Source: an uncultured Thermoleophilaceae bacterium | GTDB lineage: Bacteria > Actinomycetota > Thermoleophilia > Solirubrobacterales > JACPNS01 | Assembly: GCA_964597975.1 (NCBI GenBank) | Contig: CAZRAA010000002.1 | Span: 12,156-68,631, forward strand | Direction of reading: 5' to 3' | DNA length: 56,476 bases | Shown: in pieces, positions 10,201 through 22,200 of the stretch | Layout: the number at the start of each line of letters is the position of its first letter | How positions within the stretch are numbered: the stretch's first letter is position 1 | Made by a program: the position numbers and the translations under genes | Notes under the pieces: model-generated | What the model saw: only the letters and a program-made list of their open reading frames with translations | What the model was told of the DNA's origin: nothing | Databases searched by the model: none

Positions 10201-13200
10201 CTGGCCGTGGACGATCAGGTCCGGGCCGGGCAGCGAAATCACGATCGCCAGCTTGTAGCGCGTGGACGGCGTGTTGCCGGGGGTTTCGAGGTAGACGTAG
10301 CCGGTGCGCTGCGTCGGCAGCAATGGCGTGTCGAGCTTGACCTCGCCGACGCGGCTGCTTGCCGGGCAGGCGCTGCCGCCGGCGTCAATGTCGGCCGTGC
10401 TGCAGGCCTCAAGCGCGTTGGCGCCGCCGCGGTTGGCGACACCCGGGTTGATCTCAAAGCCCTCGGGCAGGGTCGTGGTGACCGACCTGACGGAGCTGGA
10501 GTTGCCCGGGACCAGCACACCGAACGTGAAGCCGGTCGGAATCCCGGCCTCGGCAGTCGGGATGCTCGTCTCGATCGACGGGTTGAAGTTGGCCGGGCAG
10601 CCGTTGGTCGTGAAGTCAAAGCTGCCGTTCTTGACGGTGCCTTCCGTCGAGATCATCTCGGCGCCGATCGTGTGCGTGCCGCACTTGCTCGGGTTGATCA
10701 TGAAGGGCTTGCCCGCGACGGTGCCGGCCAGCTCGATCTCCAGCTGGCGCAAACGGATGGGGACGCCCTCGTACCGCTTGGGCACGGTCGTATGCGTGTC
10801 GATCGTGAGGTCGCTCGGCTCCGCGCCGGTGACGATCTCAGTGGTCACCGGGATGCTCAGCTTGCCGAGGTCGTACGGACCGACCACAACATCGAAGACG
10901 ACCGCAAAGCGCGCAGGCTCATTGTCCAAGTCGACCGGGACGACGTTGTGCAGCTTTCCGCTCATCGTCAGCAGATCGCTGCCTGTGCCGATCTGCGTGC
11001 TGACGTCTCCCACAACCGTGTCTGGGTCGCAGTCACCTGTCAGCGAATCATTCACCGGGCAGCGCGGTGTCTGGACGGTGTCTGCGACAAGCCCGGCAGG
11101 CAGGTGCAGGTTGAACTCGCGCAGCTGCTCGTTCTTGTCCTCGCGCGCGACGCGCAAGGTGACGTCGGGATTGTTGGCCGCAAGCGTCGAGGAGAACTCA
11201 CCGCTGAAGACCGGTTCGAAATCGCGCGTGGCCGGGCACGATGCGCCCTGGCCGTCCCACGAGAGGTCGAAACTGTCGCTGGCGGTGGTTGAAGCGCCAC
11301 CGGACTGCGGTGCGAACTCGGCCGAAACCGTCTGCGTGCCGCACTCGCTGGAGTTGGCGAACAGCGCACCCGGTCCGGAGTCGAACGCGATGCGCATGTG
11401 CGAGAAGTTGAGGTCGGGTAGGTCGTTGAAGTCTGCGACCACGCGACCGGTTGCCGACTCGTCGGTCGAGCCCATGCCGTCGACAAGGTCGCTGCTTCCG
11501 TCGACCTCGGTTACGCCGCGGACGATCACGTTTGTTCCCGGGAGGTCGACGATCACGGCGACCTTGTAGCGGTCTCCCGCCGTCGTGCCGGGCGTCTCGA
11601 GGTAGACCTTGCCCGGGTGCGTGCCGGCAAGCAGCGCAGTCTGCATCTGCGCCGTGCCGACGATGCTCGCGGCCGGGCAGTTCTCGCCGCCGGCATCGAT
11701 ATCGGCGGTGCTGCAGGCGTCGACCTTGTTGCCGACGGCCGGGTTGAGAGTCATGCCCTCGGGCATCGTCGTCTTGATGCTGCCGATCGTCGGGTTGTTG
11801 TCAGCCGTGTCGATGTCGAGCGTCATCCCAGTCGGCTTCTCGACCTCGGTCTCAACATTGCTGACGGTGATCGTCGGTGACGTGTCGAAGTCCAGTGGGC
11901 AACCGGTGACGGCGTAGTCCTCGGCGTCGGTCACGGTCTTTCCGGAAGCGCTGATCATCGTCGCTGAGATCGCGTCGCTGCCGGCGCTGCACTTGCTCGG
12001 GTTCTTGATGAAGCCATTGCCGCCGACGTTGCCCAGCATCTCCATTTGCATCTGACGGATGCGCACGAGAATGCCCTCGTACTTGGTCGGGATCTGGGCG
12101 TGGGCGTCCACTCCGTAGTCGCCCGGGCGCAGCACCGTCGGAACCTGAATGCTGAGGTTGCCGAGGTTGTACGGGCCGACAACGACCGGCATGATCGCTG
12201 CGAGCCGTGCCGGCTCGTCGCTGTTTGGCTCGACGTTGTAGATCGAACCGGAAAGGTCCAGCGTCTCGCTTCCAGTACCGAGCTTCGTCTGTACGGAGCC
12301 AACGAGAGAGCCTGCGCCGCAGTCGGCCGCCTCAGCGTCGATCTGCGCGCAGTGGTCGGTGGCGTCGGTGTCGGCGACTAGGCCGGCCGGCAGGTGCACG
12401 GTGAAGTCGCGCAGTTGCTGGTCCTTGGCACCGCTGTCGAGCGTCAGCGAAAGATCGGTGTTGGCACCGCTCATGTGGTCGGCGGCCGAGACCGAAAAGT
12501 CCGGCGCAAACGGCTGCTCGGTCGGGCAAGGCTCGCCCGCGCCGTCGAAGCTGGTGCTGAAGTTGGAGTTGACCACGGCGGCCTCACCGGCTCCGCCAGA
12601 GCTCGGCGTGATCGTCGTCTCGACCGTGTGGATGCCGCAGCTGTCCGCGTTGGTCAGCAGTGCGCGCGGTCCGGTGTCGAAGGCGATTGCCATGCGACTG
12701 AAGCTGAGGTCCGGGATCGCGTCAAAGTACGCGGTCACCTGTCCGGTGCCCTGGTCGATCGATCCGGTGCCGCCGCTGGCGCCCGAGGTCGAGCCATCGA
12801 TCTCGACGCGGCCGTGGACGACGATCTGCTTGCCCGGAAGATCGAGCACGATCGCCACCCGGTAGCGCGTCGACGCGTCGCTGCCGAACGGGTCCTCCAG
12901 GTAGACCGAACCGGTGTAGGTGTCGCCGAGCAGCGGAGTCTCTAGCTCGACGTCTCCCTGTCGCGAGGCGGCCGGGCAGCCTGACGGGTCGGAGTCGAGC
13001 TGAGCGGTCGCGCAGGTCGTGTCCTCGCCGTTGTTGCCGACCGCGGCGTTGACCGACATGCCGACCGGAAGCTTCATCGCGATCTTGCCGATCGTCGGGT
13101 TCGACGCAGCGGAGTTGATTTCTACCGCGAGGCTCGTTGGGACAGTGGTCTCGCTCGGGTCGACCGAAACGTCAACCGTCGGGGTGCTGGCAAAGCCGAG

Positions 13201-16200
13201 CGGACAACCGGTCGTGGTGTAACTCGACTGCTTGACGACCGTGTCGCTGCCCGAAGCGCTAGTGATGCGCGCGCGGATCGCGTTGCTCTGGCACTTGCTC
13301 GGGTTCTGCATGAACGGCTTGTCGTCGCTCGTGCTCGGGGTTCCCTGATCGGCCGTGCCGAAGAGCGTGATGTTCAGCTGCTTGATGCGCACGGCGATGC
13401 CCTCGTAGCGGACCGGCAGCGCCGTGGTTGTGTCGATGCCGGCGTCGGCGCGCAGCGCCGTCTCGATCGGGATCGCGAGCTTGCCGAGGTCGAACGGACC
13501 GACCAGCACGTTGACCATTGCGGAGAGACGAGCCGGCTCGTCGGCGTTTGGCAGCACGTTGAAAATGTCGCCCGAGAGCTGAAGATCCTCGGTGCTGGTC
13601 GCACCGTTTCCGAAGCGCGTCGTGAACGATCCAACCCGGCTGCTGGCCGGGCAGGTGCCCGCGTCGGCGCTCGCCTGCGCGCAGCGTGTCGATGCGACGG
13701 TGCTCGCGACCAGACCGACGGGGAGCTCGAGGTCGAGATCGCGGATCGTCTCGGAGTTGTTGTTGGCGCGGCTGACCTGCAGGTTCAGGTCAGGGTGCGC
13801 GCCGCTTGCGGTGTTGGTGACCGACGCCGAGAAACTCGGGTTGAAGAGCGCCGGCGTCGTGCCGCCGCTGGTCACGTACGACGGTGTGAGCTCCGCGTCG
13901 GCACCGCCAGAGTGTGGGGTCACGTCGACCTGGAACGTCTGGGTTCCGCCCTGCGGCGGGTTGATCAGCATCGGCCGGTTGGTGTTGAACGTCACCGAGA
14001 GGTAGGTGAAACCGAGGTCCGGAATCTCGTCGAACTCGGCGACGATCTTGCCCGGGCCGGCGTAGGACGTCGAACCGGTGCCACCGGTGATGTCGGTCGA
14101 TCCCGTCACCGTGACCTTGCCGCGCACGACGAGGTCGGCGCCAGGCAAGTGTGCAACTATCGCGATGCGGAAGCGGGTGGCCGCACTCGTGCCCGGAGTC
14201 TCGAGGTAGACGTCGCCTGGGTAGTCGTGCGCCGGGTCAAGCAGCTGCGTGCGCAGCGTCACAACGCCGATCTTCGAAGCCGATGGGCATCCCGCGCCGC
14301 CAGCGTCGATCGCTGAGGCGGAGCACGCCGCAAGACCCGATCCGAAGGCCGGGTTGATCTCCATGTCGTCCGGCATCTCGACGCGCAGTCTGCTGATAGT
14401 CGGGTTGTCGGCGTCGGAGGTGAGTGTGTAGTTGAGGTTGGCCGGAGCGTTGCGGACCGGCGGTGAGGCCGTGATCGTCATTGACGGGTTCGCGTCCCAC
14501 TCGCGTGCGCAACCATCGATCGTGAAGCCGAAGGAGTCGCTCGCCTCTTCGTCGAGGTTTGAGGTGAAGTCCGCGCTTATCGTGCCTGGTCCGCACTTGG
14601 AGGGCGCGACCATGAAGCGCCCGCCGCTCGGCGCGCCCTCGATCGTCATGTCGAGTTCGCGCACCCGCACGGCGATCCCCTCGTAGCGCTCAGGCAGAAT
14701 CGCCGAGGCGGTGACGGTGAGATCGGAGTTCAGCTTGGTCGGGACGTCGACCGTAAGGTTGCCGAGGTTGAACGGGCCCACAATCACCGGGACGATCGCC
14801 TGCAGGCGCGCCGGCTGGCCCGAGTCAGGCACGACGTTGACGATGTCTCCCGTGATCGAGAGCGTCTCGCCGGCTGAGCCGATCGTCGTGATCGCCTCAC
14901 CGACCGTGCTCGCCGAAGAGCAGTTGCCTAGCGCCGCGTCGCCCAGCGGGCACTGCGGCACGCCGGTGGTGCGCGCGACCAGTCCTTCCGGGAGGTGCAG
15001 ATCGAAACTCTTGAGCTCGTTCATGCCGTCGGCATTCGTGATGTCGAGGTGCAGATCGGGGTTGCCGCCGGTCGTGGTCGGCGAGAGCGAGCCGGTGATC
15101 TGCGGAGCAAAACTGTTCTGGCCGCAGGTGCCGCCTGTGGTGCTGAGCGAACCCGTGCGCTGCTTGGCCGCCGTGCCGGCGTGGGCCGTAAGTTCTGCCA
15201 GGACCGAGAAGGTGTCGCAGGTCTTGGGGTTGACGAAGAGTTTCTTCGCGCCGTCGAAGTCGACCTGCAGACCGGAGAAGCCGAGGTCCGGCAGGCCCGG
15301 GAACTCAGCCGTCACCTGGCCGGTTCCGGTGTCCTTGCTGCCCAGATCGTCGATCAGCTCGCTCGATCCATCGATCAGCGTTCCGCCGCGGACAATCAGG
15401 TTCTGGCCCGGGAGGTGGACGACCATCGCCAGGCGGTAGCGCGTGGCTGCCTGGTTGCCGATCGACGGCTCGAGGAAAAGCTCGCCGTCCTGCGGGTCCG
15501 AGAGCAGCGGCGTGGTGAGCGTGACGCTCGCCAGGCGCGAGGTGGCCGGGCAGGCACCACCGCCGGCATTGACGTCGCTCGGCGCACAGGCCAGCAATCC
15601 ATCACCAGCGCCCGGAGAGAGCTCAAAGCCCTCCGGGAAGATCACCTTCACGTTGCTTGTGGTCGAGCTGTCTGCCGGAATCGAAACGTTCATGCCGAGG
15701 TTGGTCGGCGCGCCGGCCGTGTTCGGGGTGTTGGAGAAGGAAACGCTGGGGTTGTAAGCGGCATCGACCGGCGCGCAGCCCGTCGTGGTGAACGTCGAGT
15801 CGTCGGTGTTGGTAAGGCCCGTGGCCGACTCCATGACGCCGCTGATTGTGTGCGCCGCGCAGCGGCTCGGGTTGACGATGAAGTTGTTCGCCCCGACGGT
15901 GCCGCGCAGGACCATGTCCATCTGGACGATCTTCACGTTGATGCCCTCGTAGCGCAGCGGGATCGTCGTGTCGGCGTCGACACTCATGTCGGCGTTGAGT
16001 TTGGTCGTGACCGGGATGCTCAGCTTGCCGAGGTCGAACGGTCCGACGAGCACCGGAATCACCGCCTGCATACGTGCAGGCTCATCAGCGTTTGGCTCGA
16101 CGTTGTAGATCTTGCCGCCCGACAGATCGACTGTGTCCGAGGTCGAGCCGATCTTTGTCGAGAACTCACCGACGGCCTGACCGGTGAGGCAGTCGCCGTT

Positions 16201-19200
16201 GGCGGCGTCGCTCTGGCTGCAGCGCGTGGTGGCGGTCGTGTTGGCGACCAGACCGACCGGCAGCTTCACCTTGAGCTTGCGCAGCTGCTCCTGCTGGTTT
16301 GGCGCATTAACGACCCTCAGTGTGAGGTCAGGGTGGCCGGCCGACTGACCGTTGCTCGGCGTGGCGGTGAACGTCGGGTTGAATGAGCCGACGCAGCCGG
16401 TCGGGGTGTAGCTGTCGGTCGAAGATGCCTTTGTCGCAACCGAGTTTGGCGTGAAGGTGCCGGTGAACTCGTGCGCGTTGCAGGTCGTTGGGTTGACGAC
16501 CATCGCCTTGGAGCCGGCGTTGAAGTCGAGGCGAAGTTGGGTGAACGCCAGGTCCGGAATGTCGTCGAAGTCGGCCTTCAGCTGTCCGGTGCCCTGGTCG
16601 ACCGAGCCGGTCGCGCCGGGCGGAATAGTCGTCGTGCCGTTGATGCTGATTGCGCCGCGCACGATCAACTTGCGGCCTGGCAGGTCGAGGATCAGGGCGA
16701 CCCGGTAACGGTCGTCCTTGGTGAGGCCCGGCGACTCGAGGTACATCTTGCCCTGCGGCGCGCTCGAGAGCAGCGGAGTGGTCAGGGTGACGTCGGCGAT
16801 CGTGGTGCGCCCGGTGCAGTCGCCGGCGTCAATGCTGGCCGTCGGGCACGGGTCAAGTGCCTTGCCGAAGGCCGGGTTGATCTCGAGACCCTCGGGGAAG
16901 GTGAACTCGGTGCGCTTGATCGAAGGGTTGCCCTCGGCAGAGTTGATGTCGATTCGCAGGCCGACCGGCGATCCCGCCTGTGTGGTCGAGGGCTCGACGT
17001 CGATCGACGGTGCTGAACCAAAGGCCGCGCAGCCCGTGGTGCTGAAGTTGAATGAACCGGCCACCGACTGCGGTGAGGGACCCTCGCTCGTCATATTCGC
17101 GGCGACCGTGTTGCTCTGGCACTTGCTCGGGTTGACAGCAAAGGGCTTGCCGCCGACATGATCCTCGATCGTGATCGCCATTGAGCGCATGCGCACGGCG
17201 ATGCCCTCGTAGCGAGTCGGCAGTGTGGCGTGGGTGGTGACTCCCCAATCGGAGCGCAGCTCGGCGGTGATCGGGATGGTGAGACGGCCTAGGTTGTACG
17301 GACCGACGATCACGTTGATGCCGGCAGAGAGCCGCGCGGGCTCGCCGGCCTGCGGCGCGACGTTGTAAAGATCGCCGTTGATCGTCAGGCCCTCCGCGCC
17401 GGTTCCGATCGTGGCCGTAACGTTTCCGACGTCGCTGCTCGCCCCACAGTTGCCCTGGGCAGCGGCGGTGATGCCGCAGAGCGGCACGTTGCCAGTCGAG
17501 GCGACGAGGCCGGTCGGTAGGTCGATGTCGAATCCGACGAGGTTGCGGTCCTTCGCCGGACGCTCAGCGGTGAGCGTGATGTCGGGATTGCCGGCAGAGC
17601 TCGTCGGCGTTACGCTGCCGCCGAAAGTCGGCGCGAAAGCGGGCGCCGAGCAGTCGCTGGTGGTCGAATAGCTGTCGCTCGATAGCGCGTCAGCGCCGCC
17701 GCCGTGCGGGGTGAACGCCGCGTCAAACTGGGCAGTCGAGCAGCTCCGCGGGTTGGTGAAGAGTGCCCGATTGCCGCTGTTGAAGACGACCGTCATGTTC
17801 GTGAAGCCGAGGTCCGGGATCGGCACCGAAGCTGACTCGCCGTAGAAGACCGTGCGGATCTTGCCGGTGCCGGTGTTGACCGATCCCGTGCCGCTGGTCG
17901 GAATCGTCGTTGAGCCGTCGAGCGTCACGCGACCGCGGACAATCAGGTCCTTGCCCGGCAGGTGTACGACGATTGCCACGCGGTAGCGGGTGTCCTTGTC
18001 GATACCGAGCGGCTGCTCGAGGAAGACGTGGCCCGACTGCTGAGCGGGTAGCAGCGGAGTGTCCAGCGTGACGGTTCCAAGGTTCGCCGTGGTGGCGAGA
18101 CAGTCGGCGCCGCCGGCGTCGATCTGTGCGGTCGAACAAGTTGCGAGGTTGTTGCCGGCCGCGGGGTTGAGTTCCATGCCGTCGGGCATGTCGATCGCGA
18201 TCTGCTTGAGCGTCGGGTTCTTGATCGAATTGGTGACCTGGAACGTCAGGCCAGTCGGCGCTGCGGTCTCGGTAGTAGAAGGAGTGACATCAATTGCCGG
18301 CTTGGGAATCTGCGGCGTGTCGGGGAATTCACGCGGGCAGCCGTTGATCGTGATGTTCTTCGAGGCGTTGACGACCGTGCCGCCGAGCGAAGTCAGCCTC
18401 GCGGCGATCGCCGTCGTCTGGCACGCGCTCGGGTTGATCATGAACGGCTTGTCGTCTGAGCTGTCACCAGGCGTACCCTGGTCGGCCGTTCCATTGACGA
18501 CGAGACCCATCGAGCGCAGCCGTACGTCGATGCCCTCGTAGCGGTACGGCAGCTGGACCTGCGTCGTGATGCCGTAGTCGCTGCGCATCGTGGTGATCAC
18601 TGGAATCGAAAGCTTGCCCAGGTTGAACGGTCCAACGACGACATTCAGAATCGCCTGCAGGCGAGCCGGCTGATTGTTGTTGTCGGGGACGACGTTGTGC
18701 AGTTTGCCGGCGAGTGAGAGAGTCTCCGCAGAGTTGCCGATTGTCGTCGTCACATTGCCGACCACCGTGTTTGCCGCGCAGTTGCCGGCCAGCGCATTGA
18801 CCTGGCTGCAGCGCGGGGTGGACACGGTGTCAGCGACGAGACCAGTCGGCAGATCCATGTCGAAGTTGCGCAGCTGCGGCGACTTGCCGGGGTTCGTGAC
18901 CGTCAGAGTGAGGTCAGCGTTTGCACCCGAAGTCGAGCTGGAGAGGCTGGCGTCAAAGGTCGGCGCGAAAGCCGGCGCGCAATTGCTCGCCGTAGTGCTG
19001 AATGTGCTGTCGGCGCTGACCGTCTGCGGCGAGATCGTCGTGCCGGTGTTGGGTGAGATGTAGCCCTTGGTCGTCTGCGTGCCGCAGGTCGGCGGGTTGA
19101 CCAGGAGAGCGCGGTTGCCCGAGTAGAGCGAGAGGTTCATCGACGAGAACGGCAGATCGATCAGATTGTCGAACTCGGCGCTCACCACCCCGGTGCCGCT

Positions 19201-22200
19201 GTCAACCGATCCGGTCGCGCCGGTGATGTCGCTGGCGCCGTTGATCAGCGTCTTACCGCGGATGATCAGTTTCTGTCCAGGCAGCTGGATGATCACGGCG
19301 AGGCGGAAGCGGTTGGCTGCGCCGCTGCCCGGCTCTTCGAGATACACGAATCCGTTGTAAGTGCCAGTTAGCAGCGGCGTCGTGATCTGCACGGTGCCAC
19401 GCTCGGACGCCGCCGGGCAGCCGCTGCCGCCGGCATCGATCAGCGCCGACGAGCAAACCGCGTTGTTGCCGTCGTTGCCGACTGCCGGGTTGACCGACAT
19501 GCCCTGCGGGAAGTCGATCTTGATCGTCTTGATCGATGGGTTGAAGCTCGCCTGTGTGCCGTTGGTGAGGTTGATGCCGACGCCGGTCGGAGACTCGGTG
19601 TCGGTCGTGGTCGGCGTCACCTGCATGGTGGGCAGCGTGGACGCCGGGAACGCGATCGCGCAGCCGGTCGTGTTGAAGCTGGCCGAAGGCGAGGGCGACG
19701 CCTGCGTGTTGTCAGCGGCCCAGACGTCGACCGTCGTTGTGTTGGTCTGACACTTACTCGGGTTGGTCATGAACGGCTTGTCGTCGGCGGTCGACGGCGT
19801 GCCCTGATCGGCGGTCGCGTTCATGGTCACGCTGAGCTTGCGGTAGCGCAGCTGAATGCCTTCGTAACGCTGCGGCAGCTGGACGTCGGCGTCGAGGCCG
19901 TAGTCACCCGAACGCAGGGCAACGCTGACCGGCAAGCTCATCTTGCCAAGGTTGAATGGCCCAAGGTTGACCGGAACGATCGCGGTCAGTCGCGCCGGCT
20001 CGTTGCCGTTCGCGGTTGTCGTGTTGTGCAGCTTGCCGCCGGAGACTGTCGCGACGGCGGCGCCGGAGCCGATCTCGACCGACACGCCGCCGACGACGCT
20101 CGCGTCGGTGCAGTTGCCCGCCGCAGAGTTCGCGATCGAGCATGTCTGCGCAGAGGCGGGCGCGCCGGTGAGGCCAGTCGGCAGGTGGAAGAGCACGCGC
20201 TTGAGGTTCTTCTGGAAGTCCGGCCGGGTGATCGCCATCGTCACGTTTGAGTGCGCGTTTGCGGTCGTGTCGGGAATCGTCTGCGTGTAGGTCGGGGCGA
20301 AAGTCTGCGTCGTGCACCCGGTGGTGGTAAAGCCCTGCGCATTGTCTGTGTATGGCGTGCCGGTGGCCGACGAGTTGGAGGCGTCGACGCGAATCTGGAA
20401 GTTGTTGGTGCTGCAAGTGTCGGGCGTGACGAACAGCGGGACGGTGCTGTTGAACGTGAGTCGCATCCAGTTGTAGGCGACATCCGGCAGGCCACTGAAG
20501 TCAGCTTCGATCTGGCCTGGCTGCAGCGCTTGGCCGGTCGAGGCGGTTGCACCGGCGGTTTCGCTCGTGCTGCCAAGACCCGCGGTCGGGCCATTGGTCG
20601 AACCCGCGACGCGCGCGCCGCCGCGCACGATCTGCATTCCACCCGGCATCGCCAGGTAGAGCACGAAGCGGTAGCGGTTGTCCTTGTCTGAGCCCTGCTG
20701 CTCGAGGTACATCGATCCGGAGACCTGGGTGGGAAGCAGCGGCGTGTCGACCAGTACATCGCCGATCTTGCTGGTGGCGTAGCTCGTACCGCAGGTGTCT
20801 GTGTCGGCGTTGGCATTGGCGATGTCAGCGTCGATCGCCGATGTCGGGCAGGCCGCGACAGAGCTCGCAAAGCCCGGGTTCATTTCCATGCCGGCCGGGA
20901 AGACCATCCGCACGCGGTTGATCGTCGACTGCTGGACGGTGGACGTTGTCACGCCAGACGCGGTCTGCGGGACGTTGACCTGAACCTGCATCCCGGTCGG
21001 AGTTGCAGGGGCTGTGCCGAGGTTGCTGATTGCCACGGTCGGGGTGAAGGTCTGGGCCGCGCAACCAGTGGTGACGGCCGATGCCGGCGCATTCGGGTTG
21101 ACGTTGCGGACGATCGTGGATGGTCCGGTGGCCGGTGCCATACCGGCCGAAGTGAAGGTGCCCTGAAATTGCAGGCTCGCGCCGCACTTGGAGGGGTTCT
21201 GCAGGAAGGGCTTGTCGTCGGCGGTGCTGACGGTGCCCTGGTCGATGATGCCCTTGAGCTTGAGCTTGATCCCGCGATAGAGCACTGGGATCCCCTTGAT
21301 CGACTGCTGCAGGTCGAGCGTCTCGGAGATCAGCGCGAACTTGTCGGCGTTGGCGAGGCGCATGTACGAGTAGTTGGTCACCGACCCGAGGTCGAATGGT
21401 CCGACGACCGCGGGCGTGATGATCGCCAGCTTGGCGACGTACTTGGTCAGCTCCTGACCGGTGCGCTCCATGATGTAGACGTCGCCGTTGAGCGTGATCG
21501 GCAGGGTCCCGGCACCGGTCTTGACCTCCACAGTGCCGACCTTCGAGTCATTGCCGCAGTTACGCGCGAGCACGTTGGCGACGGTGCACTGGGTCGTGAC
21601 GGCCTTGATCGAACCGCCGAAGCCGTCGGGTAGGCGAAAGACGAGATCCTCAAGGTTGTCGCGCCGGTCGGGACGGTCGACGTTGAGGTCAAGGTCGGGG
21701 TGCTTGCCGACGTCGGTCGTGCTCAGGGTGACGTCGAAAGTCGGGTCGAAGGAGGCGAAGTCGCAGGAGCCGTTGGTGCCGGCAGTGACCGTCAGCGTCT
21801 TGTCCTGGTTCACGATCGCCTGGTTTGAATACGTCCAAGGCGTGAGTCCGACGCTGGCGGTGTAGCTGCCGCAGACCTGCGGGTTCATCAGCATCTGCTG
21901 CTGTGCGTTGGGATTGCTCACCGGGTTGCTGACCGGGTTACCGCTCTCGTCAAATCCAACGCCGGCAGAAGCCGTGTTGAAGTCCATCGTGAACTTCGAG
22001 TAGTTGAACTGCGGCAGGCCGCTCGTGTAAGGGGTGACGTTCTTGATCGACACCACCACCTGGCCGGTGGCCGCATTGACAATCGCCTCGCCCTCAAACT
22101 TGACGGCGAGGCCCCCTCGCTTGGCGAAGACGTAGAGCCGGTAGCGGCCGTCGTCCATGTCGGTGCCCTGAGGTTGGCCGAGATAGAGCTTGCCGATCAG

